Source of the DNA: Antedon mediterranea | Taxonomy: Eukaryota; Animalia; Echinodermata | DNA: 64,000 bases | Direction: 5' to 3' | Assembly (NCBI RefSeq): GCF_964355755.1 | Contig: NC_092680.1 | Span: forward strand, 1,736,001-1,800,000 | Translations under genes and position numbers: made by a program | Notes under the pieces: generated by a model | Database searches by the model: none | What the model was told of the DNA's origin: nothing | Seen by the model: the letters and a program-made list of their open reading frames with translations, nothing else | Part shown: positions 39,201 through 52,520 of the stretch, piece after piece | Position numbering within the stretch: the first letter of the stretch is position 1 | How the letters are laid out: each line of letters starts with the position of its first letter

Positions 39201-42200
39201 AAATGATATAAAAACCAAACAATGTTTTAAGTGTGTACCAGTAAGGTCACTCACCGCAGTATAGATAAAAACCACTCATTATTTTCAACCAAGGAAAAAA
39301 AAGAGAAAAAAAGAACCACAACATTTCTACTATGTTTTAAGTCATACAGATTTTAATCTGTGTGCCCTAGTTTTAATAATATTCACAATTGGTGTTTTGT
39401 TTTATTTATTTCTTTGAACTTGATTATCATTGTGTATATTGCCTTCACCTTTAACAGTATTTGTACAACATGCTCAGGCTATTTAAACATGTATAATCTA
39501 TGCCTGTTGGCTATAGTAACCTGTTTGTTATTGTCTCAACTACAGGCCAACCTCAGAAGCATTACAACTACCACTATTGTTACAATGATTATATCCACAT
39601 TTCTAATTTGTTTTAAAGGTTTGAATGAGATATAAAAATAGTTCAAGTAATTTTAACAGTCTGGCATTTAAAGAGGTGTAGTCACTCCATGAAGCCAAAT
39701 CATTCTAAAATTACTAAACAACCAATAAAGATAAAGAACAGATTAATAAAAAAAAATACTTTAAGCATATAACAGTTATGTATTCACAAATCATTACAAA
39801 AAAACTAGTTTGTCAACATTTTTTCTTCTTCAACAATTTGGATTCAACAATTACATTTTTTTGGTCAATTTTCCTTAATTTATACTATCTGAAGAATGGA
39901 ACTGTCTTCAAAAATTAAAAATTTTTTAAAATAACTAACTAATAGGTTAGGCATTAATATGCAATTTTAATTTGTTTTATGTAAAAAATAAAACAAAAAT
40001 TAACCAGTAATGATGAGAAATTTTAGTGAAATGAAAGTAAACAAAAGATAATTTTCTCACCTTTATTTTCTTAAAAGTTTTTGTATAAAAAGTTGCTACT
40101 GTATATTGAACAAAAAGACAGTTGTTTTGCGAGTTCCTTGTTTAATTTCAAAATGTATTGTGTTGGCTATACAATTAAAACACGCTACCAACCAATCGTA
40201 TGTACTGTACAGTATATCCTCCACAGAGACCTATCACATTGTGATTGTGTAAATCATAGCAGACGATGCTAAGCATGCTGGGAGATTGTCCGTACTATGT
40301 TCAAAGTACAGCTTTATGTGTCAATATTTAACTTTATAACAATGGCTTCCGTCCGCAGATTTGGTTGGTATGATCATATCATATAGAAAGAACAAAGAAA
40401 TTTATTCCGGGTAAACATTGCACAATATAACAGGAAGCTAATATGCGATGGCCAGTCAATACAAATTGTTGGAATTTTAATGATTTACCGGAACTGTATA
40501 TATACTTAAATTGAAGATTATACAATATTTAGAAACAATGTTTGATTTATAGTTGTACAGATAGATTACTTTACACAGATTATATAACTATTGGTGTAAT
40601 TTCTGACTTTTATCAAACTAGCCATCTCTCACAAGTAGTTGTAAAGGGTTCAAGTACCATTCATACTAATTGTGGACATCATGTAATACATGCTAAAAAT
40701 CTTAAATTGACAATAATATAGCTGTCATCAGCTTATCAGCTTAGTTTTGGACAGATCAGTTAAGTTTGGTTCCCACTTGGACGCAACGCAACGACATAGG
40801 CGCAACGAAAGCGAGTTGACAATGACAGTTTGTGTGATCATCCCCAGAGGGTTTTTGTAGTTTTGTTTAAACAGGAAACTCCAAAAACAGAGGCACACAC
40901 ATACAGTAATTATATTGTTTTATCAGGGAAGATTAAAATGACAATTTCACTCTTCCCTGGTTTTATGAAGCAACTGCTTTTTGTCCACATAAAAACTGGC
41001 ACTTTCATCTAGTGTTAGAAGATACAACATTTTTAACACTAATTTGAGACATAAAGCACCTCACGCTTCATGATAAAGAGTGACCTTTTTTTAAATATAT
41101 CTACTTTATGAATCTTATTTGAAAAATACTCAAAAAAGCAGAACACTCAAGATAAAGATACAGAACATACACGTTGCATAACGATAGTTTTTAACAATAG
41201 TACAAGTATTCTCCCCCTTAAAGGTTAAAATTAGTATTGGTGTAAAGTCCCTATTATGACCAAACCAGGTGTCTAATGGGCTATAAACACTTAAATTGGT
41301 TTTCATTAACACATTTTTTCTTGTCCTAATATTTATTTAACAGGCAATTTATGGATTACATTTATTAAAAGTAAACACACAACAATATTTTGAATTTTTT
41401 GATTTAGTATGGTACAAAGATCCAGCAATAAATCATTGATGTTTTGACAGTGTTTTTGTTTACTCAATATGGTTTATGTCTAATCATGCAGGAATCGGCA
41501 TGTCAGCCATTCTCGAATGTTCTATCTGTTTTGTAGGTCTGTCTATAGTATTATCAAACTTTGTGTCATATCACTACCATATTTGGGCACATACACTTTT
41601 TTTGTCAAACTAGTTTGATAGTGTGGACAGAGCTTTAGGCAGAAATAAGGTTTGTTCGCTGTTGCTCTGGTGGATAACAGCTCTGTTCAATCCAGCCTAC
41701 GTGCATCTGACCATGTAACTGCATGTTTCATTGGATTTTTCAATTACAGGCACTTTTAATCAACAATTCCAAGCAACTCGTTTAAAATTGGGTCAAAAGG
41801 CTGACATAAGTCTGGCTGTAGTACAGTGTTTAATTATCCTACTGTATCAAAATAGTCGATACGCTTCAGAAAGCTCTGTCTACACTATCAAACTTTATGT
41901 GACAAAAAAATGTGATGTGTCCATATAATATGGACATGATGATGATGATGTCATATCACTACCATATTTAAGCACATTGCAACCATATTTGAGCACATCA
42001 AACTAGATTGATAAGTGTAGACAGAGCTTAAGGCAGAAATAGGTTTGTTTGCTGTGGATAACAGTAATTTTCTAAGTTAAACAACAATAGTTAATGATCA
42101 ATTACAGATGATATGATGTCATCGTGTCCATATATGGACACATCACATTTTTTTGTCCCATAAAGTTTGAAAATGTAGACAGAGCTTAAGGCATTATGCA

Positions 42201-45200
42201 ATGCCGGATGAATATTGACATTTATATTATATGGTGTACGTGCAGTACAAAACTGTGTTTGTTTTTCTTTAATTATTGCAATGGAGGTAATATAAAACTC
42301 CAAATACATTTTTTAATGACGCACTGTGTCTATATATATAATATAAATATGTAGTAAACAGATCGTACTTTAGTTAAACTGGATAAATTAGCTTGTATTA
42401 ATAAATATATGACCATATGCACCTCTGCCTAATAATAAATATTATTTTATTATTATTTCTTCCAGATAACGAAGGTGATAATGATCATCAAGATAAAAAT
42501 GGCGTACCAACAGCGAGAGTCGTCGGACTCGTTCAGAGAAACTTACGAGACTATGTTGCTACCCTACAAAAAAAGGAGGTCATTATTTTAGATATTGCAA
42601 AGATAGAAACCACCATAGAGGCTGGATTTAGTATAAGCTTTGATTTATTCACTCTGGATGGATAACAATAAATTGTCCCTTTAATAAGGTATCTTCTAAG
42701 TACTTGCCACAGTGTGTAATATAAATATACATGATTGAGACACAATCGGGAAATTACCTCACGATAATAAGGTGTGTCCCAAAGGACTAAACATACATGT
42801 AAAATTTATAGCCAGGTTTTTATATATCTTACTTGAATCTTACTTGAATGTTCGGGCTCATGATTAAGGCAAATGCCTTTTAAACGCCCTCCATTTCTTC
42901 TGTATTTATCTAGAATTGGTAGCAAAATTTATCTCCCATTGCTCTGTCTTTGTTTAGTTGATCCTTGAATGCATTTATGTTTTCTGCTTGTACTGTAGTG
43001 TGGTATGGATTGTTCCATGTGTTGACGATTCTACTTGAAAAGGAGTGGCTTCTGATTTTCAGTCGGGCTCTTGGGCTTTATATATATTTTTTTTCCTTCT
43101 GTCCTGGTAAACTTCTGTCCCAAATTTAAAGATCACTAAACTTTTAACTTTGATATTGAATTTGTAGGGAAGCAGTGTTCAAAGTGGCAAATCAGAAGCA
43201 GTGTTGGTCATACCGTATGACTACAGAATACCAAAGATAAGAATAACAACATCACAAGTAGCGAGTCTACAAGATCAACGGTAAGTTTTATTTTACACTC
43301 TTTAGCTCCCACTTACACATTATTCAGTAAAATGCAACATTGACATGATGATATTTTCATATAGTATACATTCATAAACACTAAATTAAATCCTTCCCCC
43401 CCCCCCCCCCCCCAAAAAAAAAAAACCATATTGGTAACTGTTTTCACTGGTGTGTTAGTTATTTGAGCACATATTTTACTGTGTTTGAATAAATGAATAA
43501 ATAAATGAGTGAATAAATGAATGAAATGAAAATGAATAACCCAAATTTATTTTTCATCATTATATAATTATAAGTTTAATTTTCTTCCTGTTCACTACAC
43601 TAACAATCTTTTTTTAAATTTACTTTATCAATCTATCTCTTATTTATAGTCTTTTGATCATTTCACACATTATTAGAACATGTATTAAATTACTGATTAA
43701 TTTTCTAGGATTGTAGTTCGTATAGACTCATGGGAGGGCAATTCTCAGTACCCCAATGGTCATCTAGTTCGTAAATTGGGACCAATTGGTGATTTGGAGA
43801 CGGAGATAGCTACCATTATGGCTGAGTATCAATTATCAATGGCAGAATTCTCAGAACGCCAGGTAAGATTTTGTTTATCTATATATGACTCTAGTATAAT
43901 CCCACTATAAAATACAGTTAGTACGCTACTATTTACAGTATAATGCACCATTATATTCACAGTAACTTGATGGGTTATTTTTTAGCAACTTGAATTACCA
44001 ACTAACAATAAAGATGATCCATGGGCAGCAACGCAAGAAGAGATTAGCAAGAGATTAGATTTAAGAGATCTACTAATCTTTAGTATTGATCCTATTGGCT
44101 GTGAAGATGTTGATGATACACTATCTATTAGGTAGGTGCAATTTTAATTCCTGGATTTTCGCGCTGCTCCTTTAGGCAGTTATATTCAAGAGAACGGAAT
44201 CATAAAACAGTTACCATGCGATAGCTTATAATTTACTACAGCTGAATAAATGGGTATTTGGAAACTTTAACTGGGCATGCACACACCCAAAAGCATGTCT
44301 GGGAAAAGAAAGTCTATAAAAATATTTGCTGAGAATATTAAGATGCATGTACACAGTAGTTATCGTAAGATGAGCTGCTTTTTTTTGTAAGAAATATTTC
44401 TTGTAATTCAACAGTAATACATATCCCTCTTACAAAATTAACAATTAATAAATAATAATACACTGGTCCTAAAGAATGCTCCGTATTTTGAATACAATTC
44501 TGATTTTTTTTTTATCTTTAGAGAGCTTGAAAGTGGTGATCTGGAGCTTGGCGTTCACATAGCTGACGTGTCTCATTTTGTTCATCCAGACTCTCTAACA
44601 GACGTGGAAGCTAGACAAAGGTATCATGAAACATTTTAATTACTAGTACGATAAAAAACATAAATAGAAAATATAAACAAAAATGAATATACAGAATATA
44701 CATACACATTATTGCACAAAAGTTAAGTTTTAAAATATGGTTACTATTTCTTTGTACTATTGATGTTATACTACAATAAATACATTAATGGATGAGCTAT
44801 TATATTAACCATGTGACTATGTGGCGTCAGTTTATTTATATATAAATCCAAAGGCAAATTACTGAAAAAATCAGTGGGTGGATCTCAATGGAGATACAAA
44901 ATAAAAGCGAAAAACTAAATCAAAACGAGAAGTAAAACAGCCAGAAAAGTAGGCAGAGCTTTCGGGCAACACTAGCCCTTCATCAGTTTATTTACATATA
45001 TATATATATTTTTCCTTTATATTATAATAATGTTGACACTAATTTGTTCTTGAGCTATGGAAAACTTTTCTACTCTGTATTATTTTTTCTGAAATAAAAG
45101 ATGAAATCAAAATTAAATTGTTTCAGATCTACTACCGTGTATTTGGCTGACCGGCGGTTTGACATGCTACCAAGCATTCTAAGTGCAGACTTATGTTCAT

Positions 45201-48200
45201 TGGTCAGTGGAGTTGACCGTTATGCGGTCAGTGTAATCTGGCACCTGAACCCGGTCACCTATCAAGTAAAGGAAGTGTGGTATGGCCGGACCATTATTCG
45301 ATCTGCTCATAAAATGTTCTATGAGGTATGTTGTAAGCACATACTTTGGTTGTTAGCACACTTGTATACAATAGAATGCATTTGAATAAACACTAGTGAA
45401 GTTTGATTATTTGTACACCATGTTTTTTCACTATTTATTTTATATTCAAAGTCAAAGAAAAAGACAAAATGATATATAAAAGACAAATAAGACCAAACAG
45501 GTGCTAAACACCTATGCTAGTTGGTCAACCTAGAACAGTGCACAGAAATTAACAAAATAAAGCAGTAGCCAAATGAGCAATCATCAATCAAGAGTTATTT
45601 AGATTTGATAAAATAAACTTATTAATAGGTACCGAGTTGGACTAAATTTTGATAGTCTTATTTGTTAAATGGGTAAATCTGGTTCCTAATTTAGTTTTAA
45701 GTATAGTAAAAATAACTTTTTTTGTTATTGTATCAGGCAGCTCAAGCAATGCATGATGGGAAGGATGTGAGAGCAGATATTCCAGAACTAAACGACATGG
45801 ATGCAATGTCAGTAGAAATAAGGTAAACATGAACATTTTGTTTTTCAGTGTCTGCAATATATGTATATTGTTAATAACTACCTTTGATCCTTTCGTATAA
45901 ATTAAATTTGCAGAATGCAACGATTGAAATGGTGTGTTGACAAGCTAATGGATGTTGCAAGACACCTTAAAGCTAACCGGGTGAAAGGGGGCGCTGTTCA
46001 ACTTGAAGGTCTTGAGGTTAAAGTGGAGCTGAATGAAGAACAAGAAATTGAGAACTTAATACCAAAACAGGTGAGGTTGTCTTAATACATATGTGTTCTA
46101 GTATTCATTATACTTCCTTATAGCTGGAATATATCAATTTACAACCCTGGTATAAGCCCACCCTATAAGTCCATTTGTATAAGCCCACCTTTAGCACTGT
46201 GTAACTACCATATACCTGTAATCAAAGCATATGCTAATTATAACAATATTAAAGCGCATTCCACAAAAATAAAAATAACTTTATATATATATATACTTCT
46301 ATATAATTTTACGCAGACACTGAAATCATATCTCATGTATGTGGTACAATCTGAGTATTGTATGTATTGTGTGAAGATGTTTAATGAATAAAATCAATTT
46401 TCATTGCAACATTCCAAGCTGTATATAATCCAAATTTGTCTTATTAAACATGTAAATCACAATACCAATAATCAAAAGTGTATTAATGTATTTTGTATTG
46501 TACACATGTATTTTATTACATATTTTTGTTTAATTTTTAGACAATGGAAATTCATGAGACAATAGCTGAATGTATGATATTTGCAAATCATTGGGTCGCT
46601 AAGAAGATTGTTGAAACCTATCCTCTATGTTCTTTGGTATACTAAAAGATTTTTATGTGTTTTCAAAATTGTTCTATTTATCTATATTTATTTCACCTTA
46701 TTTATAGAGGGTGACCCTAAAGCACTTGTCAATTGTATGACCCACTATACGACCCCCGGGAGAGGTGCGTCATGGGTGCGTCATTTACATATAATTACTG
46801 ACGCAAGGGTGCGTCAAAAAACCTAGATGGTACGTCACATCAATGAACAAGGTGTGTCAATGTACGTCACTTTACCACCCACCATATCATAAACAACATG
46901 GTCACAGTGCGTCAAAATAAGTGCGTCATGGTCACCTAAAGGCAAGTCACATTTTTTACGCACGGGTGCGTCATGGTATGTATTCAAAGGTATGACGCAC
47001 ATCGGACAAATGACGCACCTCTCCCGGGGGTCATATAGTGGGTCATACAATTGACAAGTGCATAAAGCTTGGTTCCCACTAGAACGTAACGCAAGGACGT
47101 AAACGCAACGCAAGCGTTTTAACCAATGACAAGCGAAGTTATATACAGTTAGCAATCACAAGCGAATAAGCCATCGCTTGTGATTGGTCAATTCACTTGC
47201 GTTGCATCGCTAGTGGGAACCACGCTTAAACAGCGTATGCTGACAATCAAGGTGCCCTCTATGAAAGATTTTACCTAAAGCTCTGTCTACACTATCAAAC
47301 TTTATGTGACAACAAATTGTGATTAATAATGTAGACAGATTAATAATGTAGACAGATTAATAATGTAGACAGATTAATAATGTAGACAGAGCTTAATACA
47401 GTGTAAGAATCAAGAATTAATCAAGTCAATATTATGAATAGACCTTAATTCCTTCATTTAAGAATAAAAACAATTTTGTATTTATTTTTTATTTAGCTTA
47501 GATATCATCCACTGCCAAGACAGGACCACTTTCAGCAGCTGGTTGAAAGCGCAAAAGCTAAGGGTTTTGAAATTGACACAAGGTATTCTGTAATATTTGA
47601 ATGTTTATATTGTATATTTCTTTTGTTCTGTCTACACTATCAAACTAGTTTGACAAAAAAAGGTGCCCAAATATAGTAGTGATATGCCCAAATATGGTAG
47701 TGATATGACATCGTCATATCCATATATGGGCACATCTTATTTTTTTCACATAGAGTTTGATAGTGTAGACAGAGCTTTAAATACAACTCCATCTTATTAT
47801 CTATAAACAGTGTTGTATATTATTATTAAAAACATCCGTTAAGTCATGGTAGCACATCACAAGTTTAACATGACGAAAGTATTTCCTGCTTTTATTCAAA
47901 ATGTATTTTTTTTTAGTACAAGCAAATCGTTAGCAGACTCATTAGACATATGCGTTGATGATGTAGACGTGAATGTAAACCGTATGTTACGCTCTCTCGC
48001 AACAAAAGCTATGTCAAATGCTTTGTACTTCTCTACCGGTAGTCTACCAAGGGATCAGTTCTTTCACTATGGTAAAAACCCCCCAAAAAAAATTTTTTTT
48101 ATTGTAATAATTAAAATACAAATTTACTTAACGTTAAAAAAACTTACCATATTTATTCAATTTAAGTGTTAGGTAAAAACAAGTATAGGGAGTATAAATT

Positions 48201-51200
48201 AATAAATTTGACTTGTTATATATAGAACTTATAGTGAAAGTGATATTACTGGTTAAAATTATAAACAGTAAGTCACAAATCTGGGAGCAACAATGTAACC
48301 ATAACAAAGGCAAGACTTTGATAATATAACGCATGAATGGAGGACCATTAAGTTATTAAAATAAAATGTGCTTTATTTAACATTGTTTAAAAGTGAAAGT
48401 GATATTGCTATTATAAATAAAAGATGAAATGATGAATATCGGTTAAATATTTAAACATTTCATATCCTGTATTTTGCTCTGTTTACACTATCAAACTAGT
48501 TTGACAAAAAAGTGTGACAAATACGGTAGTGATATGCCCAAATATCGTAGTGATATGACATCATCATGTCCATATATGGGCACATCACATTTTTATGTCA
48601 CATCAAGTTTGATAGACAATGCTTTATAATACATTTTTTTGTTTTGTTTTGTTCAGGATTGGCTTTAGACTGCTATACACATTTTACATCTCCTATCCGA
48701 CGATATGCTGATGTAATTGTAAGTGTATTACATTATATACTATAGAATCAGAAATATAGTTTGTGTTTATAAGTACTGTGGCCAATTTAAATTTCATTAG
48801 CTGAGGGAAATATATTCCACTTATTCCATCTAATATACTAGGTAATAACTAGCTAGGTATCTTTAACCTCTCAACCTGAATTCTTGATATTAATAGACAA
48901 ATAACACACATAAGTGGTTAAAAAATGTTTACCTTTTTGCACAATACCATGTTATTTTTTATCTTTTAGGTTCATCGTTTATTAATGGCAGCTGTGGAAG
49001 GCGATAACAACAACTTAATTGTCAATAAAGAACTCCAAGAAATATGTGAGCACATAAACAACAAACATCGGGTAAGCTAGTGTCCTCCTAAAGTTACACC
49101 TCATCCGTTGAATTTGAACACATTCAACATGCACAGAGCAGTCTATAAAGCTCTGTCTACACTATCAAACTTTATGTGAAAACAAAATGTGATGTGCCCA
49201 TATATGGACATGATGATGTCATATCACTACCATATTTGGGCACATCACACTTTTTTTGTCAAATGAGTTTGATAGTATAGACAGAGCAGAGCTTAAATAT
49301 GTTTAGTGTTTTTTTCTGTATTTTTCTTCTTTATTATGTACATTTACAGGCTTCACAGCACGCACAGAAGGACTCGCAAGAATTATTCCAAACAGTTTTC
49401 TTTAAAGACAAAGATGCAGAAGTTGATGAGTGTTGTACAGTAGACGCCATCATAGAAAGTATTAGATCCAATGGATTCCTAGTATTCATTCCAAGGTAAG
49501 TGTGCACTCATTTTTCAAGTTGATTTATAGGCACTTCCTATTGAACTAAATGATGGATTCAAATGACACTTTACGAGCTACGTACACCACAAAAATTAGC
49601 CTAAACATTTGCTGTGAAATAGATATTGTGTTTCTGTTTAGCCATGATATACCAGAGAAAAATTAAACTATACATTTTAACTGCTCAATTTTCTAGGTAT
49701 AGAAATTAAAATTAAAATACATCGTTGAGATAGTTAATAACTTATTTTAAATACAAACTGTATGAATTGAACCTATTTCCCTTAAACTCTGTCTACACTA
49801 TCAAGCTAATTTGACAAAGAAAGTGTGATGTGCCCAAATATGGAAGTTATATGACATCATTGATTCCATATATGTGAACATCTTATTTTTTTCACATAAA
49901 GTTTGATAGTGTAGACAGAGCTTTACATACAACTCCATCTTATTATCTATAAACAGAATTTGACAAAGAAAGTGTGATGTGCCCAAATATGGTAGTTGTA
50001 TGACATCATCGTGTCCATATATGGGCACATTTTTTGTCACATAAAGTTTGATAATGTAGACAGATCTTTAGATAGAAAATGTCAATTCAATTAATTTGAC
50101 CATTGATTGAAGCTTAATGGGAAATTAATGGTGTTTCACTTTAAATGTAATTACAATCTACAAAAACTCACCTATAAATGTCCATTTATTGTCAATGTTG
50201 TATTTTCCAAAAGTAATCAGATAAAACTCATCCTTGTTTCCTTTCTATGCACAAAACCAATTCTACACCTAAATTTCTTTCATTTGATTGGACGATTTTG
50301 GGTCACATGGCATGCAATAGTACACAAAACAATTATTAAATGGATACACCAAGCTGAAATCTGTATGAATCCATTGGAGAGTTGGAATAGAAAGCAGTAC
50401 ATGTGTTTGACAGGATTTGAGTCCAAAGCTATGGGATCCAATGGGAAGTATCCCATTAAAGGAGCTCTGTTATGGATTTTATGTTTCAAATAGTTTGATT
50501 GTGTCAATTATTAACAATGGCTTCTGTGATTCATCCATAAAATCTTACTAAATCTAAAACATATTCTCAGTGGAAAACGTTTTTAGGTGACTTTGTTTCG
50601 TGGGTTTCATTTGCAGTTTTTGTATATTTTTATTTCAAATAATATATTTTTATTAAGTTCATTTAATGGATAATGCCACAAAAGAGAAAAAAAAAAGTTT
50701 GTTTTTGTGTTTTTTAAGTATATTCTTAAAATAAGTTAATTTAATATTGCAGGTATGGTATGAAAGGAGCGGTGTTTTTACAAAATAAGAATGGACTTGT
50801 ACTCGATGTAAGTGAGAAAAACAATCCAACATGGACGTCAGGTAAAGATTCATTACATTTTTGTAATATACAGGTAGATTGTGCTGTTTACATTTTGTTA
50901 TTAATTGTGTTGTGTATACACACCTACAGGTTTACCATATGGTCTATTCAGAAGGATAGCTATATTATGGTAATATTGTTGTAATCTCTTTTAAATGTAA
51001 CATAAGACTCTGTCTACACCATCAACTTTTATGTGACAAAAAGTGTGATGTGCCCAAATGTGATAGTGATATGGCCAAATATAGTAGTGATATGACATTA
51101 TCATGTCCATATATGGGCACATCACATTTTTTGTCACATAAAGTTTGATAGTGTAGACAAGGCTTAAGATTGAACATTGAAGTAGGAGCCTGTCAAAAAT

Positions 51201-52520
51201 GTGCATAGCCCCCATCCCCTTAACAGGTGGAATTACAAGGACAAAGATTAAGAACTTCATTTTACAATTTCTAGACCCAAAAGTCTCAATCTTTCCTATT
51301 ACGGTACAGTATATCACAATTCAATCCCAACTTTGTGGTTTTCACTTTACCATTTCTTGTTTGTTTTTTATACTCAACTAGGTTCAATATCAAGGTCAGA
51401 GTTCACTATTACTGTGGCAACCATGACTTCTTCTACATGCTATGCATTATTTGATCATGTGACTGTAAGTACACAACGTTCACATAATATGTGAACTACA
51501 TATTATGTAGTAAGATTATCCAAGTAAATATCAATATGCATATTTTGATACTCAAAGGCGTTCACTACAGCTCTGAATAGACTATCAAACCTTATGCGAC
51601 AACAAAATGTGATGTGCCCAAATACATTTTTGGTGAACTAGTTTGACAAAAAATGGTAGTGGTATGCCCAAATATGGTAGTGATATGACATCATTTCCAT
51701 ATTTTGGCACTTCACACTTTTTGTTGTCAAACAAGTTTGATATTGTAGACAGAACTTTACACCACTCAAAATCAAGAGTATATTTCACCAAATATTGTAG
51801 GAATACTTTATAAATGTTTTTTTTTTCTAGGTACGTATTTCAGTGCAGTTATCCCATAGTCATTCACATAACATTAAATATGAACTTGTAAGCAATAAAC
51901 AACATGAAGAAATACAAACGAGCCAAGCACACAAAGGCTGTAGTAATGTACAGGTAAATAAATATTAATTTATTCGCATTACATTAATCAACCTTCTGCT
52001 TGATGCATCACACCGTATGGTACAGTACTGTATGTTCATGAATAATTCAAAGATTAACCGACAAGTATATTTTTTTATTTCTCATATTAATTTGTACTTT
52101 TATGTTGAATGAATAAATGCTAAACAGTAAAGTAGTATTTTATAATTATTCGCAACTTATTGCCAAGGATAGTATGCACTTCCCTTCTTAAAGGTGGCAA
52201 TCCTGTTCTCAAGACAAACATATACACAAGATGCTCTACATAAACAAAGTCTTATATTATTTGGGAGAAGAGTTGTTTTTTTTTGTCATGGTAAAAAAAA
52301 TCCTTACACTTATACAGACTGTTTCTATAATATAACTAACATTTGTGTTTTGTGTTCTTAGGATGTTGTGAGCGCTGTAAAAGAGATGCATACTGATAAT
52401 GAAGATGGTAAAGATAAAAGCACGACAAAACAAACTTGCAATGAGTTCAGCCAGAGCAACTCCAACATGTATCAATTATTGAGCAATTTTAGATTAATGG
52501 CTCTTCAAGAATGTTCGTGA
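30261..52520 (+). CDS. DIS3L: DIS3-like exosome 3'-5' exoribonuclease 1 (24 coding exons)
   Basis: Exons with GT-AG sites and consistent phase: 30261-30405, 30801-30931, 31592-31743, 32118-32344, 32940-33072, 33229-33374, 42466-42578, 43168-43280, 43709-43862, 43986-44131, 44522-44620, 45127-45325, 45737-45822, 45914-46070, 46541-46636, 47497-47582, 47917-48071, 48657-48718, 48970-49071, 49350-49495, 50753-50841, 51382-51464, 51831-51953, 52362-52520. Motifs: VREHYLR..C..C (CR3), [10 protein letters not shown] catalytic [28 protein letters not shown] region is DIS3L-type (WQTK, not DIS3 RNDR). Probable non-coding exon ends at 29795. Confidence 0.95.
30640..30776. mobile_element. MITE family 1 (TIR AGCTCTGTCTACACTATCAAAC), PIF/Harbinger-Tourist-like; about 20 whole or partial copies in 30-64 kb
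   Basis: TIR pairs, with a TAA duplication at 47279-47393. Other copies near 31369, 34936, 35407, 38167, 41537, 41871, 42110, 47625, 48476, 49149, 49785, 49960, 51006, 51569, 56030, 60697, 63597. Confidence 0.85.
31416..31520. repeat. 21-bp minisatellite expanded inside a MITE-1 copy
   Basis: (CCCAAATATGGTAGTGATATG) x5; source of the spurious MPKYGSD / ISLPYLG ORFs. Confidence 0.95.
32620..32892. repeat. 93-bp tandem repeat x3 in DIS3L intron 4
   Basis: ACTGCACTTAACAGAC at 32621, 32714 and 32807. Confidence 0.95.
35685..36896 (-). CDS. 403-aa coiled-coil protein with C-terminal RING finger (putative E3 ubiquitin ligase), nested antisense in DIS3L intron 6
   Basis: Uninterrupted ORF; heptad-rich middle; C-terminal CVVC-x11-C-x-H-x3-CEQC-x8-CPID of the IAP/MDM2/Neuralized-type RING; N-terminal MGNKPS; splice acceptor TTTTCCAG just before 36925, upstream of the ATG. 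Confidence 0.88.
   Translation of the reverse strand: MGNKPSLEYQQTGLGYADLTTKEGKEELNVASRAQLRNTVKKLVVELKVRHGVIALLSNQHVTDHELEAKDCFGNQVRIVNEAINMIKDLQHRLVEAEDNNSQLTSEIDRIRNGIKKASGLGKDYQKCINGLEAQLREAKKEIFNLKDSNKQLKNEQEKGNKRSGDTPKYRSSITKKRCKDCEYLLLEMELLKLNELLQPNDDSSTLKRQLDNVTKENKQNKTLERQLSRQLKDTCTELESTRHQLRELDEHFTEMEKQKGVLKKQLKDEREEMRKQIQQLQCDLKRVEEERLNIKHKMNNISEKVKQQEDDYNNLVVKMVEDHKSHITEQMQQCNKIQNLEEQISESNSARRCVVCLERLKCVAYMPCKHLATCEQCDHRLSQRVCPIDRTHIEESVKIFNS
46721..47062. mobile_element. MITE family 3 with ~50-bp TIRs
   Basis: GCACTTGTCAATTGTATGACCCACTAT.CGACCCCCGGGAGAGGTGCGTCAT is inverted at the right end; flanked by TAA; partial copy at ~30945-31050. Confidence 0.88.
47066..47226. mobile_element. 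MITE family 2 (TIR AGCTTGGTTCCCACTAG)
   Basis: taa-AGCTTGGTTCCCACT...AGTGGGAACCACGCT-taa; other copies near 40765, 58444-58670, 59360-59514, 60047, 61640-61760, 62390-62585. Confidence 0.88.

Noticed and set aside
37600-41500. Additional nested coding gene in the rest of DIS3L intron 6
   Set aside because: Only short AT-rich ORFs with no recognisable domain or consistent exon chain.
30261-52520. Calling the gene DIS3/RRP44 or DIS3L2
   Set aside because: It has the CR3-PIN N-terminus, which DIS3L2 lacks, but not the DIS3 PIN acidic residues; sequence tracks DIS3L (GCEDVDD, WQT).
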